In this document: positions 48,701 through 62,233 of the stretch, piece after piece
Numbering within the stretch: the first letter of the stretch is position 1
How the letters are laid out: each line of letters starts with the position of its first letter
From: Malacoraja senta
Lineage: Eukaryota
NCBI GenBank assembly: GCA_038087875.1
Contig: JAXLNO010002693.1
Span: forward strand, 1-64,000
Direction: 5' to 3'
Length of the DNA stretch: 64,000 nucleotides
Notes under the pieces: generated by a model
Database searches by the model: none
What the model was told of the DNA's origin: nothing
What the model saw: the letters and a program-made list of their open reading frames with translations, nothing else
Made by a program: the position numbers and the translations under genes

Positions 48701-51509
48701 ATAAGGAACTAACTGCCCGACGAGTTAGTTGCGGCAGGATGTATAATACTATGTAAAATATATTTGTGCGGGCAAATAGATAGGATAGATTTAGCGGGTA
48801 CCGCGAGCAAATGGGATTATCTTGGATGGGGCATTTTGATCGGCATGGACGTTCAACCGAGGGGTCTGTTCGCGTGCTATATAATTTTATGACTTGAAAC
48901 AAAGTCGCTCAATGTGACCCGTGGGGGAATTGAATGGGAGTGTTTTTGATGAGGCGGCACAGAGGGAGCCCGGCTCCTCATTTTACCAGACCTGACAGTG
49001 TTTTATGGGACATAGAATTGGGAGTGCCTGGAACAGAAATGCCAGAAAAGCTCACCGCGCGGTGTGAAACAAGGCGCAGTCCACTGTATATTCCTGCCTT
49101 ACTCCATTGTCCCAATTAAAATAATAGAAAGTAAATTGTCTGGGCCATCAAGTTTTATTTGCAATCACAAACGAGATGAGTTTTTTCCAACAATGTACTA
49201 CCAGCACGTGAACATCATGCTTCTAAGAAAATAGGGTCGACGTCTATACGATCAGTTACCCGGGCTTCATTGCACCACTCAGTGTAAGCTGCACAATGTA
49301 ACAGGGACTAAAATGAAGAACAATCAACAGACGTCGATTCTAATGACATTGGTATAAAATAGGAATCTCTAAGTCAAATTTAATAGACATCAAATTAGTT
49401 GATTAGTGGGCTTGTTTTATGCCATTAACATTTTATTTTACCAGAGATTTAATTTTCTATAATGAGTCTTTGTGTAAAAGAACAGGTACTAGATGTGTTG
49501 CTCGAAGACAATTCAACGAAGCACTGATTTCATCGGATGCAACTGTGAAGTACCAGTTCTGAAAGGTTACATATGGAACTACAACTAGTTTCCTCCTTCC
49601 CCACTGAAGCAACAGTACATCGTACTAGATTCACTACTAAGTTGCGCCCCAAACAAATTATTTCCTGCCCAATACCGTCCACATTCACTTAAAAGAGTGA
49701 ACAGCATATATAGGTAAACTTTGATGGAAATTTAGCTCGCAATATTCTACAGGTCTTCTTGACTGCCCCAATAACATAACCATATAACACCCCCCCTTAT
49801 GAGTTCACTCACATTGACTGTGATTGTGAAAAGAACATATAAATTACCCGCTGGTATACAGTTCCGTAGCAAAGCAACTGTATCTTTTAGCCAATTTGCT
49901 TAGGAACTCCCACTGATGATCTTACTTTCCACGCGACAATGTGAGATAGATTATCGCCATGCGATGTGGGAAGACACTGGAGCAGCCGAAGGAAATCGCC
50001 CACTATTAGCGGAATACTCAAGATGAGGCACAGTGGCGCGGCTGGTAGAGCTGATGCCTCATTGCCCCAGAGGCCCGTGTTTGATCCTGACCTCGGGTGA
50101 TGTTACTGTATCGGTTTGCGCCCATGTCCTAAGGCGTTCGGGTTTGTAAGTTAATCAGCCATCTGTAAATCCCCCCTCGTGTGTAGAGAGTCGCTCGAAT
50201 GCGAGATAACATAGAACTAGTGTGAACGGGTGATCGGTGGAGGCGTTGACTCGATGGGCCGAAGTCGAAGGGCCAGTTGTCATGTAACTTACCCCGCTCC
50301 ACACACTAAATCCCTCCCTGGTTTATCTCCACAGTGAAACCATTTCCCCAACATCAACTACCTCACATACTTTACCTCAAATATTAAATATATGGACGTT
50401 CCCCTCGCCCATTCATCGCCCCCAACCTCATATGGTTCCCAATGGATCTTAATTACACTGGCATGAATTGTGGGAATAGAGAAGGTGTAATATCAGCTGT
50501 TGCATCTGCAGCAACAAGGAATTGAACATGCTGGATTACAACGACATCGTCCACCATGGGAAAGTGATGCATGCTGGGGAGACCATTGCTCATAACTTAC
50601 ACATGCGCCTATTCCTACCAACGGTCATCTCGTGTGACTTTTTATGTTTAAAATTAAATATTTGGTTGAAATTGTTAACGAATAGAGCAGAGCGTACATT
50701 GTAGGAACAGCGTTATGCCGATACTCAGAGTTTGCAAAGATGCAGGGAGGCTTCAAGGGAGAACAGTAAATGAACGGTTGGGTAAAGGATCGGTCCATGG
50801 GCAACGGAAGATAATGTGGGAAGTGTGTTGTTTTGCAATTGCAAACCAAAACAAGCAGGGATTGGATAAAATCGGGGAAGTAGCACCCAGAGAGCAATTT
50901 AGATGTTTGCTTTCGAGCAACATTCCGTCTTCGATGTGCGAAAAACATCTAGTGAGTCAGTTGGAACCTTTTGAAGTGAACTCCTGTCAGCAGTTCAGAG
51001 AAGCCTTCCCACACTTTGCTGAGAACTGTTCCTTCTCTGTGTACTCGTAATGCCAAAAACGATTCTAGAATTGTGACATTCCACCAACCGCATTTAATCT
51101 GTTTAACGCCTGATGCAATGTCCTCTGTTAATCTCTCCATTCATAATGTATATATTATTTTAACAATTATTGTTATATTTATTAATATTTTGTAATATTT
51201 TTATTGATATACTAGACTAAGTGGGTCCCGTTGGGTCCCATGTTCACACAGGGGGGCTGGTCCCCCGACGCAATATTCCACCTCTCCACCAATTCCAATA
51301 TTGGTGGCCAGTGGGGGGGGGGGGGCTTTCTGGAGCGCTGGTATGAGTGTTGTTGGCTGCAGGGACTACAGGTCTACAGAGGGCTAGTATGGACAATGTG
51401 GGCCAAATCGATTCATGGGGTGGCAGCTCAGTCCCTCAAGCTTCAGGTGCTGGCAGCTCACTCACGGCTGGTGAGCTGGCAGTTGACTCACGGCTATTCC
51501 TTGACATTC

Positions 51510-51957
51510 CATTTCAAGCAGAGTGCAAGGCCACCAAATTCAAATCCATTTTCCTACCATTTGAAGCAGGGTGCAAGGCCACCAAATTCAAGTGCAGTTT
51601 CTTACCTCTTCGAGCAGGGTGCACGGCCACAAAATTCAAGTGCAGTTTCATACCACTTCAAGCAGGATGGAAGGCCACCGAATTCAAGTGCAGTTTCCAA
51701 CCACTTCAAGCAGGGTGTAAGGCCACCAAATTCAAGTGCAGTTTCATACCACTTCAAGCAGGGTACATGGCCATCAAATTCAAGTGCAGTTTCATACCAT
51801 TTCAAGGAGGGTGCAATGCCTCCAAATTCAAATGCAGTTTCATACCATTTCACGCAGGGTGCAACGACACCACATTCAAATGCAGTTTCATGCCATTTCA
51901 TGCAGGGTGCAAGGCCACCACATTCAAATACAGTTTAATACCTTTTCAAGCAGGGTG
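51510..51957. repeat. 48-bp tandem array, about 9 copies
   Basis: ttcaagcagggtgcaaggccaccaaattcaagtgcagtttcataccac; 16-aa periodicity in the ORF track. Confidence 0.95.
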
Positions 51958-52349
51958 AAACCACCATAATACCACCATAAAACCACACAAAACGCCACAC
52001 TCACAGTTCAGTAGACATTCAGTGTGTTCAGTTGATTCACAGCTCAGACAGAGTCGTGACCTCTCCCTCCCCCATCATGCATAAACTAAGCTACACCCAC
52101 ACTTCCGCGTTTTATTATCCCTCCCCCTCCCACCGGAAAAGGTGTGGCCTTCATGGCGTGATTGACAGGAGAGAGATTCTCAACATTTTTAAAACACTAA
52201 TAACACTTTTATTTTTCATTGATGGGAAGAATCATCTGCACCTGATGAGCGGAGGGGGACTGAGTAAGATGGCCAAAAATCACAGCCGAAAGTGCTAGCG
52301 TTTTATCTAAAATCAATATAGTGCAAACAGGACGTTTTCAAATATAGAC

Positions 52350-53800
52350 AAACAACCATTTGCAGTGCTTTTCACTTCAACCCAAAACACCCCCAAACAA
52401 CCATTTGCATTGCTTTTATACTTCAACCCAAAACATCCCAAACAACCATCTACAGTGCCTTTTTACTTCAACCCAAAACACCCCCAAACAACCATTTGCA
52501 GTTCCCTTTTACTTCAACCCAAAATACCCCAAACATCCATTTGCAGTGCCTTTTTATTTCAACCCAAAACACCCCAAACAACCATTTGCAGTGCCTTTTT
52601 ACGTCAACCCAAAACACCCCAAACAACCATTTGCAGTCCCTTTTTACTTTAACCCAAAACACCCCAAAAAATCATTTGCAGTGCCTTTTTACTTCAACCC
52701 AAAACACCCCCAAACAACCATTTGCAGTGCCTTTATACTTCAACCCAAAACACCCCCAAACAACCATTTGCACTGCCTTTTTACTTCAACCCAAAACACC
52801 CCCAAACAACCATTTGCAGTGCCTTTTTACTTCAACCCAAAACACCCCAAACAACCATTTGCAGTGCCTTTTTATTTCAACCCAAAACACCGCAAACAAC
52901 CATTTGCAGTGCCTTTTTACTTCAACCCCAAACACCCCAGACAACCATTTGCAGTGCCTTTTTACTTCAACCCAAAACACCCCAAACATCCATTTCCAGT
53001 CCCTTTTTACTTCAACCCAAAACACACCAAACAACCATTTGCAGTGCCTTTTTTACTTCAACCCAAAACACCCCAAACAACCATTTGCAGTGCCTTTTTA
53101 CTTCAACCCAAAACACACCAATCAACCATTTGCAGTGCCTTTTTACTTCAACCCAAAACAGCCCCAAACAACCATTTGCAGTACCTTTTTACTTCAACTC
53201 AAAACACCCCCAAACAACCACTTGCAGTGCCTTTTTACTTCAACCCAAAACACCCCCAAACAACAATTTGCAGTGCCTTTTTACTTCAACCCAAAACACC
53301 CCCAAACAACCATTTGCAGTGCCTTTTCACTTCAACCCAAAACACTCCGAAACAACCATTTGCAGTGCCTTTTTACTTCAATCCAAAACACCCCAAACAA
53401 CCATTTGGAGTGCCTTTTACTTCACCCCAAAACACCCCAAACAACCATTTGCACTGCCTTTTTACTTGTACCCAAAACACCCCAAACATCCATTTGCAGT
53501 GCCTTTTTACTTCAATCCAAAACACCCCAAACATCCATTTGCAGTGCCTTTTTACTTCAATCCAAAACACCCCAAACAACCATTTGCAGTGCCTTTTACT
53601 TCAACCCAAAACACCCCAAACAACTATTTGCAGTGCCTTTTTACTTCAACTCAAAACAACCCCAAACAACCGTTTGCAGTGCCTTTTTACTTCAGCCCAA
53701 AACACCCCCAAACAACCATTTGCAGTGCCGTTTTACTTCAACCCAAAACACCCCAAACAACCATTTGCAGTGCCTTTTTACTTCAAACCAACCATATTTT
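52350..53800. repeat. 45/46-bp tandem array, about 32 copies
   Basis: aaccatttgcagtgcctttttacttcaacccaaaacaccccaaac with 1-bp indels. Confidence 0.97.
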
Positions 53801-54351
53801 CAATTTCAAACCACATTAAGGGCACTCACAGTTGAGTAGACATGTATTCAGTGTTATTCAGAGCTCACAGAGACCCTCTCTCTTCCTCCATCTGGCAGAG
53901 ACTGAGTGAGGCACACCACTTCCGGGTTTTATAGTCCCCCCCCTCCCACCAGCAGGGGCAGCAGAGAGAATGGCAAAACATTTTAAAACATTAATATCTC
54001 TCTGATTTTTCATCAATGGGAAAAATGAACTGGTCCAGTTGGGCGGAGGGGGCTCTGAGCGAGTTGGCCAAAAATGATGGCCGTAAGTGGCGGCGTTCTC
54101 TCGGTAATCACATCCCAGTGAGTCAAAAGCGGTCAAGATCTTACTTTTAGTAATATAGATATTAATATTTATGATCAGGATTAATTTATGACTTGTTACT
54201 TGGCACCACCTTCCGCACAAATCTTTCCATAACATTGTTTACTATCAAACCCGCAGAGGTGCCGCAGCGGTAATGTTGCTGTCCTATACAGCCAGATAAC
54301 CGGGTTTGATCCTGACCACGGTTGTTGCCTGCACTGAATTTTCTCCGTTAT

Positions 54352-54630
54352 AGACAATAGACAATAGGTGCAGGAGTAGGCTATTCGGCCCTTCGAGCCA
54401 GCACCGCCATTCAATGTGATCATGGCTGATCATCCCCAATCAGTACCCCGTTCCTGCCTTCTCCCCATATCCCCTGACTCCGCTATTTTTAAGAGCTCTA
54501 TATAGCTCTCGCTTGAAAACATCCAGATAACCTGAGGCAAAAAAATCCACAGACTCACCACTCTCTGTGAGAAAAAGTGTTTCCTCGTCTCCGTTCTAAA
54601 TGGCTTACTCCTTATTCTTAAACTGTGGCC
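54352..54630 (-). mobile_element. CR1-like 3' end
   Basis: atagacaatagacaataggtgcagg tail. Confidence 0.85.
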
Positions 54631-55536
54631 CGCGTGACCCGTTGTGCGTTCTCCCCGTAGGTTTTTATCCGGGTGCTTCGGTTTCCTCGAATACTCCAAA
54701 GACGCATCGGTTTGTAGATTAATTGGTTTCGGTAAAATGGTAAATTTTCTCCAGTGTTTAGGAAAGTGTTACTGTGCGGGAATCGCTGATCAACGCGGAC
54801 TCGGTGGGCCGAAAGGCCTGTTTCCGCGCTGTATCTCTAAACGAAATATATGTGTGTATATACATATTATTGCACGAATGTGTGAGAAGCAGTCTACAAG
54901 AAAGTTATCAAGATTTGTGCTCTGTGTACTTACATGGATAATCATAGATGGCCTCAAAATGAAAAGAGTGATGGGCAGGGAACGGTTGAGGCACGGAATA
55001 GTGGAGCGATTGGCAGTGAGAGCTGAAGGCGTGGCTGTTGAATTCATAGTATGGAGGGTTTGATTATAAATAATGTTATGGAAAGATTGGTGCAGATATT
55101 GCCGCCAAGTCCAAAGTCACCAATCAACCCCGATCCCCATCAATATCTTAGCTGGCAAAAACAGCTGGAAAATCCCTTATTTTTCGTAATCAGTTACATT
55201 TTAATTAAAAGCCTCCTCCATTATTCTGACTGTCTTCATTACGGGCAACTAAACCACATATACATCCCATTGCGAAGTCCTCCCCGCAGGGCTGGCGCTA
55301 GGCCGATTGAACCGATTTTTCCAAATTGGGTCCCGCGCTCAAGGGGGGCCCCGCGTTAATTTTCGGTATTTCATATGGAAATACAAATTCGCTTTGTTAA
55401 ATAAAGATTTAAAAAAAACATTCGCCATACGGATTTTTTTACAAAACTTACATGGTTTTGTACGTGGAATACAAGCGCTGTACGGTCATCAGACACAAAC
55501 GATGTGTTAACAGCCTGTAGTTAACAAGTAGTTATC

Positions 55537-55713
55537 CAATGCGTCATCAATGCATCGATCCACATTCCTCAGTAAATGTGTAATTGTGTTTTATAAGAAG
55601 TATTAATGACGCTGCGTTCCTTTGAATACAATTCACGCGGCGTCATTAACACTTCTTCAAAACATAATTACATTTTACTGAGGAATGTAGATTGATGCAT
55701 TAATGACACATTG
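55537..55713. repeat. Long imperfect inverted repeat (~80-bp arms, ~17-nt loop)
   Basis: Left arm caatgcgtcatcaatgcatc...aatgacgctgcgt; right arm acgcggcgtcatt...gatgcattaatgacacattg. Confidence 0.85.
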
Positions 55714-56419
55714 AGAATTTCTTAAAACTCACCATCATGAGTGAGAACTTCTTCTTGGTCTGCAGGTTAGTAATTCAATTTACCTACCGACCCACGTTGT
55801 GTCTCTCTGTCTTTCGCTCTCTCCCTCCCTCTCTCTCTCGCGCGCTCTCTCTCCCGTGCGCGCTCTCTCTCTCCCGTTCCCCACCTCTCTCTAGCTCTCT
55901 CCGCATTCCCGGAATCATTAACGTTTTGCGGTATACAAAAATGCTGGAGAAACTTAGCGGGTGAGGCAGCATCTATGGAGCGAAGGAAATATGCAACGTT
56001 TCTGGTCGAAACCCTTCTTCAGACCCGGCTATTTCCTTCACTCCATAGATGCTGCCTCAAGCCCTGTCCCACTGTGCGAGTTCACACAAGAGCTTTATAT
56101 CTCTGGTAGCATCTCTGTACCCATCTTCAAATTCCCACTTTAAAATAAAATACAGTTTTCGACTTAAACATTTTGCAGCAGGATCGCGATTAGTCGATTC
56201 CCACGCATTTTCAATCATCGTTCGATTCAGTGTAATTTTCACACCTGGTTGATAAAGTTTTTTTTTAAAGATACAGTACATTACAATAAATAGTTTCAAA
56301 CATACCCGGTACTAAACGCACAAACATTAAGGTGGTTACTGATGCTACAAACGGTTATAAATGAATATAATTTCAAAGTGAAATAGGAGATTTCCGTGGA
56401 AAGAATATTTAACCAGAAT

Positions 56420-58945
56420 ATAGATACATAGATACATAGAAAATAGGTGCAGGAGTAGGCCATTCGGCCCTTCAAGCCTGCACCGCCATTCAATATGATC
56501 ATGGCTGATCATCCAACTCAGTATCCCGTACCTGCCTTCTCTCCATACCCCCTGATCCCTTTAGCCACAAGGGCCACATCTAACTCCCTCTTAAATATAG
56601 CCAATGAACTGGCCTCAACTACCCTCTGTGGCAGAGAGTTCCAGAGATTCACCACTCTCTGTGTGAAAACGTTTTTCCTCATCTCGGTCTTAAAGGATTT
56701 CCCCCTTATCCTTAAGCTGTGACCCCTTGTCCTGGACTTCCCCAACATCGGGAACAATCTTCCTGCATCCAGCCTGTCCAACCCCATAAGAATTTTGTAC
56801 GTTTCTATAAGATCCCCTCTCAATCTCCTAAATTCTAGCGAGTATAAGCCAAGTCTATCCAGTCTTTCTTCATATGAAAGTCCTGACATCCCAGGAATCA
56901 GTCTGGGGAACCTTCTCTGCACTCCCTCTATGGCTATAATGTCCTTCCTCAGATTTGGAGACCAAAACTGTACGCAATACTCCAGGTGTGGTCTCACCAA
57001 GACCCTGTACAACTGCAGTAGAACCTCCCTGCTCCTATACTCAAATCCTCTTGCTATGAAGGCCAACATACCATTCGCTTTCTTCACTGCCTGCTGCACC
57101 TGCATGCCTACTTTCAATGACTGGTGCACCATGACACCCAGGTCTCGCTGCATCTCCCCATTTCCTAATCGGCCACCATTTAGATAATAGTCTGCCTTCC
57201 CGTTTTTGCCACCAAAGTGGATAACCTCACATTTATCCACATTATACTGCATCTGCCAAACATTTGCCCACTCACCCAGCCTATCCAAGTCACTTTGCAG
57301 TCTCCTAGCATCCTCCTCACAGCTAACACTGCCCCCCCAGCTTAGCGTCATCCGCAAACTTGGAGATGTTGCTTTCAATTCCCTCGTCCAGATCATTAAT
57401 ATAAATTGTAAATAGCTGGGGTCCCAGCACTGAGCCTTGCGGTACCCCACTAGTCACTGCCTGCCATTGTGAAAAGGACCCGTTTACTCGTACTCTTTGT
57501 TTCCTGTTTGCCAGCCAGTTCTCTATCCACATCAATACTGAACCCCCAATACCGTGTGATTTAAGTTTGTATCCTAATCTCTTATGTGGTACCTTGTCGA
57601 CAGCCTTCTGAAAGTCCAGATACAACACATCCACTGGTTCTCCCCTATCCACTCTACTAGTTACATCCTCGAAAAATTCTATAAGATTCGTCAGACACGA
57701 TTTACCTTTCGTAAATCCATGCTGACTTTGTCCAATGATTTCACCACTTTCCAAATGTGCTGCTATCCCATCTTTAATAACTGACTCTAGCAGTTTCCCC
57801 ACTACCGATGTTAGACTAACTGGTCTGTAATTCCCCGTTTTCTCTGTCCCTCACTTCTTAAAAAGTGGGGTTACGTTTGCTACCCTCCAATCCTCAGGAA
57901 CTACTCCAGAATCTAAAGAGCTTTGAAAAATTATCACTAATGCATCCACTATTTCTGGAGCTACTTCCTTAAGTACTCTGGGATGCAGCCTATCTGGCCC
58001 TGGTGATTTATCGGCCTTTAATTCATTCAATTTACCCAACACCACTTCCCGACTAACCTGGATTTCACTCAGTTCCTCCATCTCCTTTGACCCGCGGCCC
58101 CCTGCTATTTCCGGCAGATTATTTATGTCTTCCTTAGTGAAGACGGAACCAAAGTAGTTATTCAATTGGTCCGCCATATCCTTGTTCCCCATGATCAATT
58201 CACCTGTTTCTGACTGCAAGGGACCTACATTTGTTTTAACTAATCTCTTTCTCTTCACATATCTATAAAAACTTTTGCAGTCAGTTTTTATGTTCCCTGC
58301 CAGTTTCCTTTCATAATCTATTTTCCCTTTCCTAATTAAGCCCTTTGTCCTCCTCTGCTGGTCTCTGATTTTCTCCCAGTCCTCTGGTATGCTGCGTTTT
58401 CTGGCTAATTTGTACGCATCATCTTTTGCTTTGATACTATCCCTGATTTCCCTTGTTATCCACGGATGCACTACCTTCCCTGATTTATTCTTTTGCCAAA
58501 CTGGGATGAACAATTTTTGTAGTTCATCCATGCAGTCTTTAAATGCCTTCCATTGCATATCCACCGTCAACCCTTTTAGAACTAATTGCCAGTCAATCTT
58601 GGCGAATTCACGTCTCATACCCTCAAAGTTACCTTTCTTTAAGTTCAGAACCGTTGTTTCTGAAGTAACAATGTCACTCTCCATCCTAATGAAGAACTGA
58701 ACCATATTATGGTCACTCTTGCCCAAGGGGGCACGCACAACAAGTCTGCTAACTAACCCTTCCTCATTACTCAATACCCAGTCTAGAATGGCCTGCTCTC
58801 TCGTTGGTTCCTCTACATGTTGGTTTAGATAACTATCCCTCATACATTCCAAGAAATCCTCTTCCTCAGCACCCCTGCCAATTTGATTCACCCAATCTAT
58901 ATGTAGATTGAAGTCACCCATTATAACTGTTATTGAAGTCACCCA
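56420..58945 (-). mobile_element. Young 5'-truncated CR1/HER1-like LINE (~2.5 kb)
   Basis: Consecutive ORFs of 363, 159 and 310 aa separated only by one TGA (57851-57853) and one +1 G in a G-run near 57330; full RT motifs; tail (atagatac)n. Confidence 0.97.
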
Positions 58946-60011
58946 TTATAACTGTCTTTATATGGCGAGGTCGCTGCAAAATGCTCACTTAAAACAATAC
59001 GCCGTCAACTCAGGATTGTTTCTTTATCACGCTGACAGGTGTTTTCAATCTCACCTCGCAGCTCGCTGTTAATCGATTCATAGCCATTAATTTTCATTCC
59101 TGGTCCGTATCGAACTCCAAATGTAAACGCTTCAAGTTACGCTTCTTGTGTGGTGGTAAGGAGGGGGGAGGGGGGAAATGCTAGGATAAAATACCATATA
59201 TTTGTATTTATATAGCGATCCTGCTGCGAAATCTTAGTCGAAAGTTGTATTTTAATTCAAAGTGGCAATTGGAAGATAGGGACAGAGATGCTACAGAGAT
59301 TTTGATAGGAAGGAAACGTTGCAGCAGCTGAGTAAAAGATTAGTCAAATGGTAGGTTCAATGAAGATCGGGCGAGGGGGATTGGGGGTGGGGGAAAAGTA
59401 TCTATAGCTTGGGACATGCCTAAATGAGTACTGAGATGGATTATCATTCCACACCAAATTTCTTAGACAATAATACATTTTATGCAATTATCACAGCATT
59501 TTATTGGATATGGATCAACCTATGGTACATGCTCGTAAATTAGTAAAACAAATGTTCTTTAAGTACTGTTGTTTCTGGGATGGGGTGACTGATAACAAAT
59601 AACCTACATTCTATATTTTGTCATAATGTGGCTGAAACAATGGCATATTTTGTGATATTTATTGAGATAGAAAGATACAACTGAGTTTGGGCAAGATATT
59701 ACCTTGCAACATTCTGTATGTCTGATAGATATTGTGAAATGGAACTCAGAAATTATGGGAGGATTACATAAAACTACAATTCAAAGGTAATGAATATACA
59801 GAGTATTCTTATTTCCATCATGAACATACAATAGTGATATACGACACCAGGTCCTACTACGGTAAACTCACGAGCTACTACGGTATGACTACGTGTTAAA
59901 AAGTATAAAATGTTTACATCCTGAGTATATTTTACATGTTGACATTTTTCAACATGTTGAAAAATCTTCACGAGTTACCACGTTTCCCGAGTACCTGCCG
60001 TTAGCGCTAAG

Positions 60012-60660
60012 AAATGGCATGTTGGCCTTTATAACAGGAGGAATCGAATATAGGAGCAAAGAGGTCCTTCTGCAGTTGTACAGAGTTCTAGTGAGATCGC
60101 ACCTGGAGTATTGTGTGCAGTTTTGGTCCCCTAATTTGAGGAAGGGCATTCTTGCTATTGAGGGAGTGCAGCGTAGGTTTACAAGGATAATTCCCCGGAT
60201 GGTGGGACTGTCATATGCTGAGAGAATGGAGCAGCTGGGCTTGTAGACTCTCGAGTTTAGAAGTATGAGAGGAGATCACATAGAAACATATAAGATTTGT
60301 TAAGGGCTTGGACACGCTAGAGGGAGGAAACATGTTCCCGATGTTGGGGGAGCCCAGAACTAGGGGCAACAGTTTAAGAATAAGGGGTAAGCCATTTAGA
60401 ACGGGGACGAGGAAACATTTTTTCTCACAGAGAGTGGTGAGCGTGGAATTCTCTGCCTCAGAGGGCGGTGGAGGCAGGTTCTCTGGATGCTTTCAAGAGT
60501 GCTAGATAGGGCTCTTAAAAATAGCTGAGTCAGGGGATATGGGGAGAAGGCAGGAACGGGGTACTGATTGTGGATGATCAGCCATGTTCACATTGAATGG
60601 CGGTGCTGGCTCGAAGGGCCAAATGGCCTACTCCTGAACCTATTGTTTATTGTCTATTGA
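60012..60660 (+). mobile_element. CR1-like 3' fragment
   Basis: LAFITGGIEYRSKEVLLQLYRVLVRSHLEYC; tail tattgtctattg. Confidence 0.88.
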
Positions 60661-61599
60661 AACGTTCCGAGCACCGACGTACCAGCTACGTTCATTCTAC
60701 GTGTTTACCACGAGTTTTGATTTTTTTTAAACTCGGGAGAGCTCTTGGGTGAACTTGCACAGTGGGGCAGGGCTTCACACCCGCTGAGTTTCTCCAGCAT
60801 TTTTGTCTATCTTCGATTTTCCAGCATCTACAGTTCCTTCTTAGACGTTTTGCGGTGATGGCTGCATCTGCGGTTCCTTTCTGTTGGGGGAAGGGGGGGG
60901 GGAGAGTCCTGGCCCGTGGCGGCGCCTGAGAAGTGATATGTTCCCTCCGCGGGTGCTGCCTTGCCCGCTGAGTTCCTCCAGCACTCTGTGTTTTGTGTTT
61001 GGCTCTGAAGTTGAAGGTGGACCCCCCTGTGTCTACCTTCAACTCCCTGTCTGTGGTGGCTCAGCGGGACGGGCAGGGGCTCTGGGGAGAGGGTTGCGGT
61101 TCTGGTCGAGATCCTTCTTCAGACAATCACAAGTACTCTCATCGACGAGAGTTCAGTTCAGTCGGAGGGGGTCGACCGGGGATCATGCCAGCATCCAGCT
61201 CAAGGGCGGGGCAGCGGGCGATGGATAACAGGACAGCGGGCGGTGGCGCTTACCCCATGTGTCAGTGCGAGTAACCTCAATTGATCCCTTGTTCGCGCTG
61301 ACACATGAGTAAGCTCCACTGCCCGCTGTGATGTTATCCATCACCCGCTGACCCACTCCACTCTATGATCTTTGCTCTTGAGCTGGTCCCCTCACTGTTC
61401 AGACGGAGAGCACTACCAGAGGTGAGCGGGCCGGCTGAAGGCGCTGAGATGGCAGTCGGTTCCGCTGTCCGGTGATGGAGGCCGCTCGTAGGCGAGCTGC
61501 TTCCCTCCCGCGTCAGCGGTGAGTGAGTGTTACTGGCAACTTTACCCTTGGATAGATTCCCCACACGGTGTGAAAGGAACTCTCCCCCGAATTGTCATG

Positions 61600-62060
61600 T
61601 TACTCACGACACGTGACTCATTTATAATTATGTGGATTATAGAAATGACGGAGACCTTAAACGTGGAAAGAATCAGATTTTCCCTGTTGGACAAACAGGA
61701 ATTATTCGTAGGAACATGGTCTCCTTTTATTGATTACTTAAAGGGTCAGAATAGTTCAGCACAGGAACATGACTAGCACTCGGTCTAAAGAATGGATGAA
61801 ATGCTATACTCTGAAATGTACGAACATATCTCGAATGAAGTTTTTTATTTCAATAAATTTTTCCATTCTTCTTTAACTATTTTCTCTTTTTTTTAATTTT
61901 ATTCTTCTTTTCTTTCTTTTCTTTCTTTACTTCATCTATCTCTTTAGTTCTATTTAGTTTAAAAAAAAAGGCAAAAGGTATTGGAGACAATGTAATAATA
62001 ATTGATAACATTATCAATTTAAAAATGTCAGACTGTAATGATGTAAATAAATTGTGTACT
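61600..62060 (+). mobile_element. L1/Tx1-like LINE 3' end
   Basis: MWIIEMTETLNVERIRFSLLDKQELFVGTWSPFIDYL, paralogous to 45960-47040. Confidence 0.7.
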
Positions 62061-62197
62061 NNNNNNNNNNNNNNNNNNNNNNNNNNNNNNNNNNNNNNNN
62101 NNNNNNNNNNNNNNNNNNNNNNNNNNNNNNNNNNNNNNNNNNNNNNNNNNNNNNNNNNNNNNNNNNNNNNNNNNNNNNNNNNNNNNNNNNNNNNNNN
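62061..62197. other. Assembly gap (137 N)
   Basis: N run. Confidence 1.
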
Positions 62198-62233
62198 CCC
62201 AATTGGGCCCCGCACCTCCTAAGGACGGCCCTG
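62198..62233. mobile_element. Terminus of a hAT-like MITE
   Basis: cccaattgggccccgcacctcctaaggacggccctg; related sequence at ~55285-55355. Confidence 0.4.

Larger units (their letters stand above)
51212..54159 (-). mobile_element. Composite non-autonomous Helitron-like element containing two tandem arrays
   Basis: Minus-strand 3' hairpin (gggtcccgttgggtccc) before CTAG at 51212-51215; 5' TCTATATTACTAAAA at 54159; A|T insertion site; duplicated subterminal block (51960-52320 versus 53820-54159). Confidence 0.75.

Noticed and set aside
50330-50357. CACAGTG as a possible RSS (also 42335 and 50030)
   Set aside because: No nonamer at 12 or 23 spacing and no adjacent V/D/J; two of the three are SINE heads
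51231-51969. 235-aa and 203-aa ORFs with 16-aa repeats
   Set aside because: Translation of the 48-bp array inside a Helitron-like element
52350-53839. Long ORFs (491, 447, 365 aa) and a CRISPR-like appearance
   Set aside because: ORFs arise from a stop-free 45/46-bp tandem unit and switch frames with 1-bp indels; there are no unique spacers, and the DNA is eukaryotic
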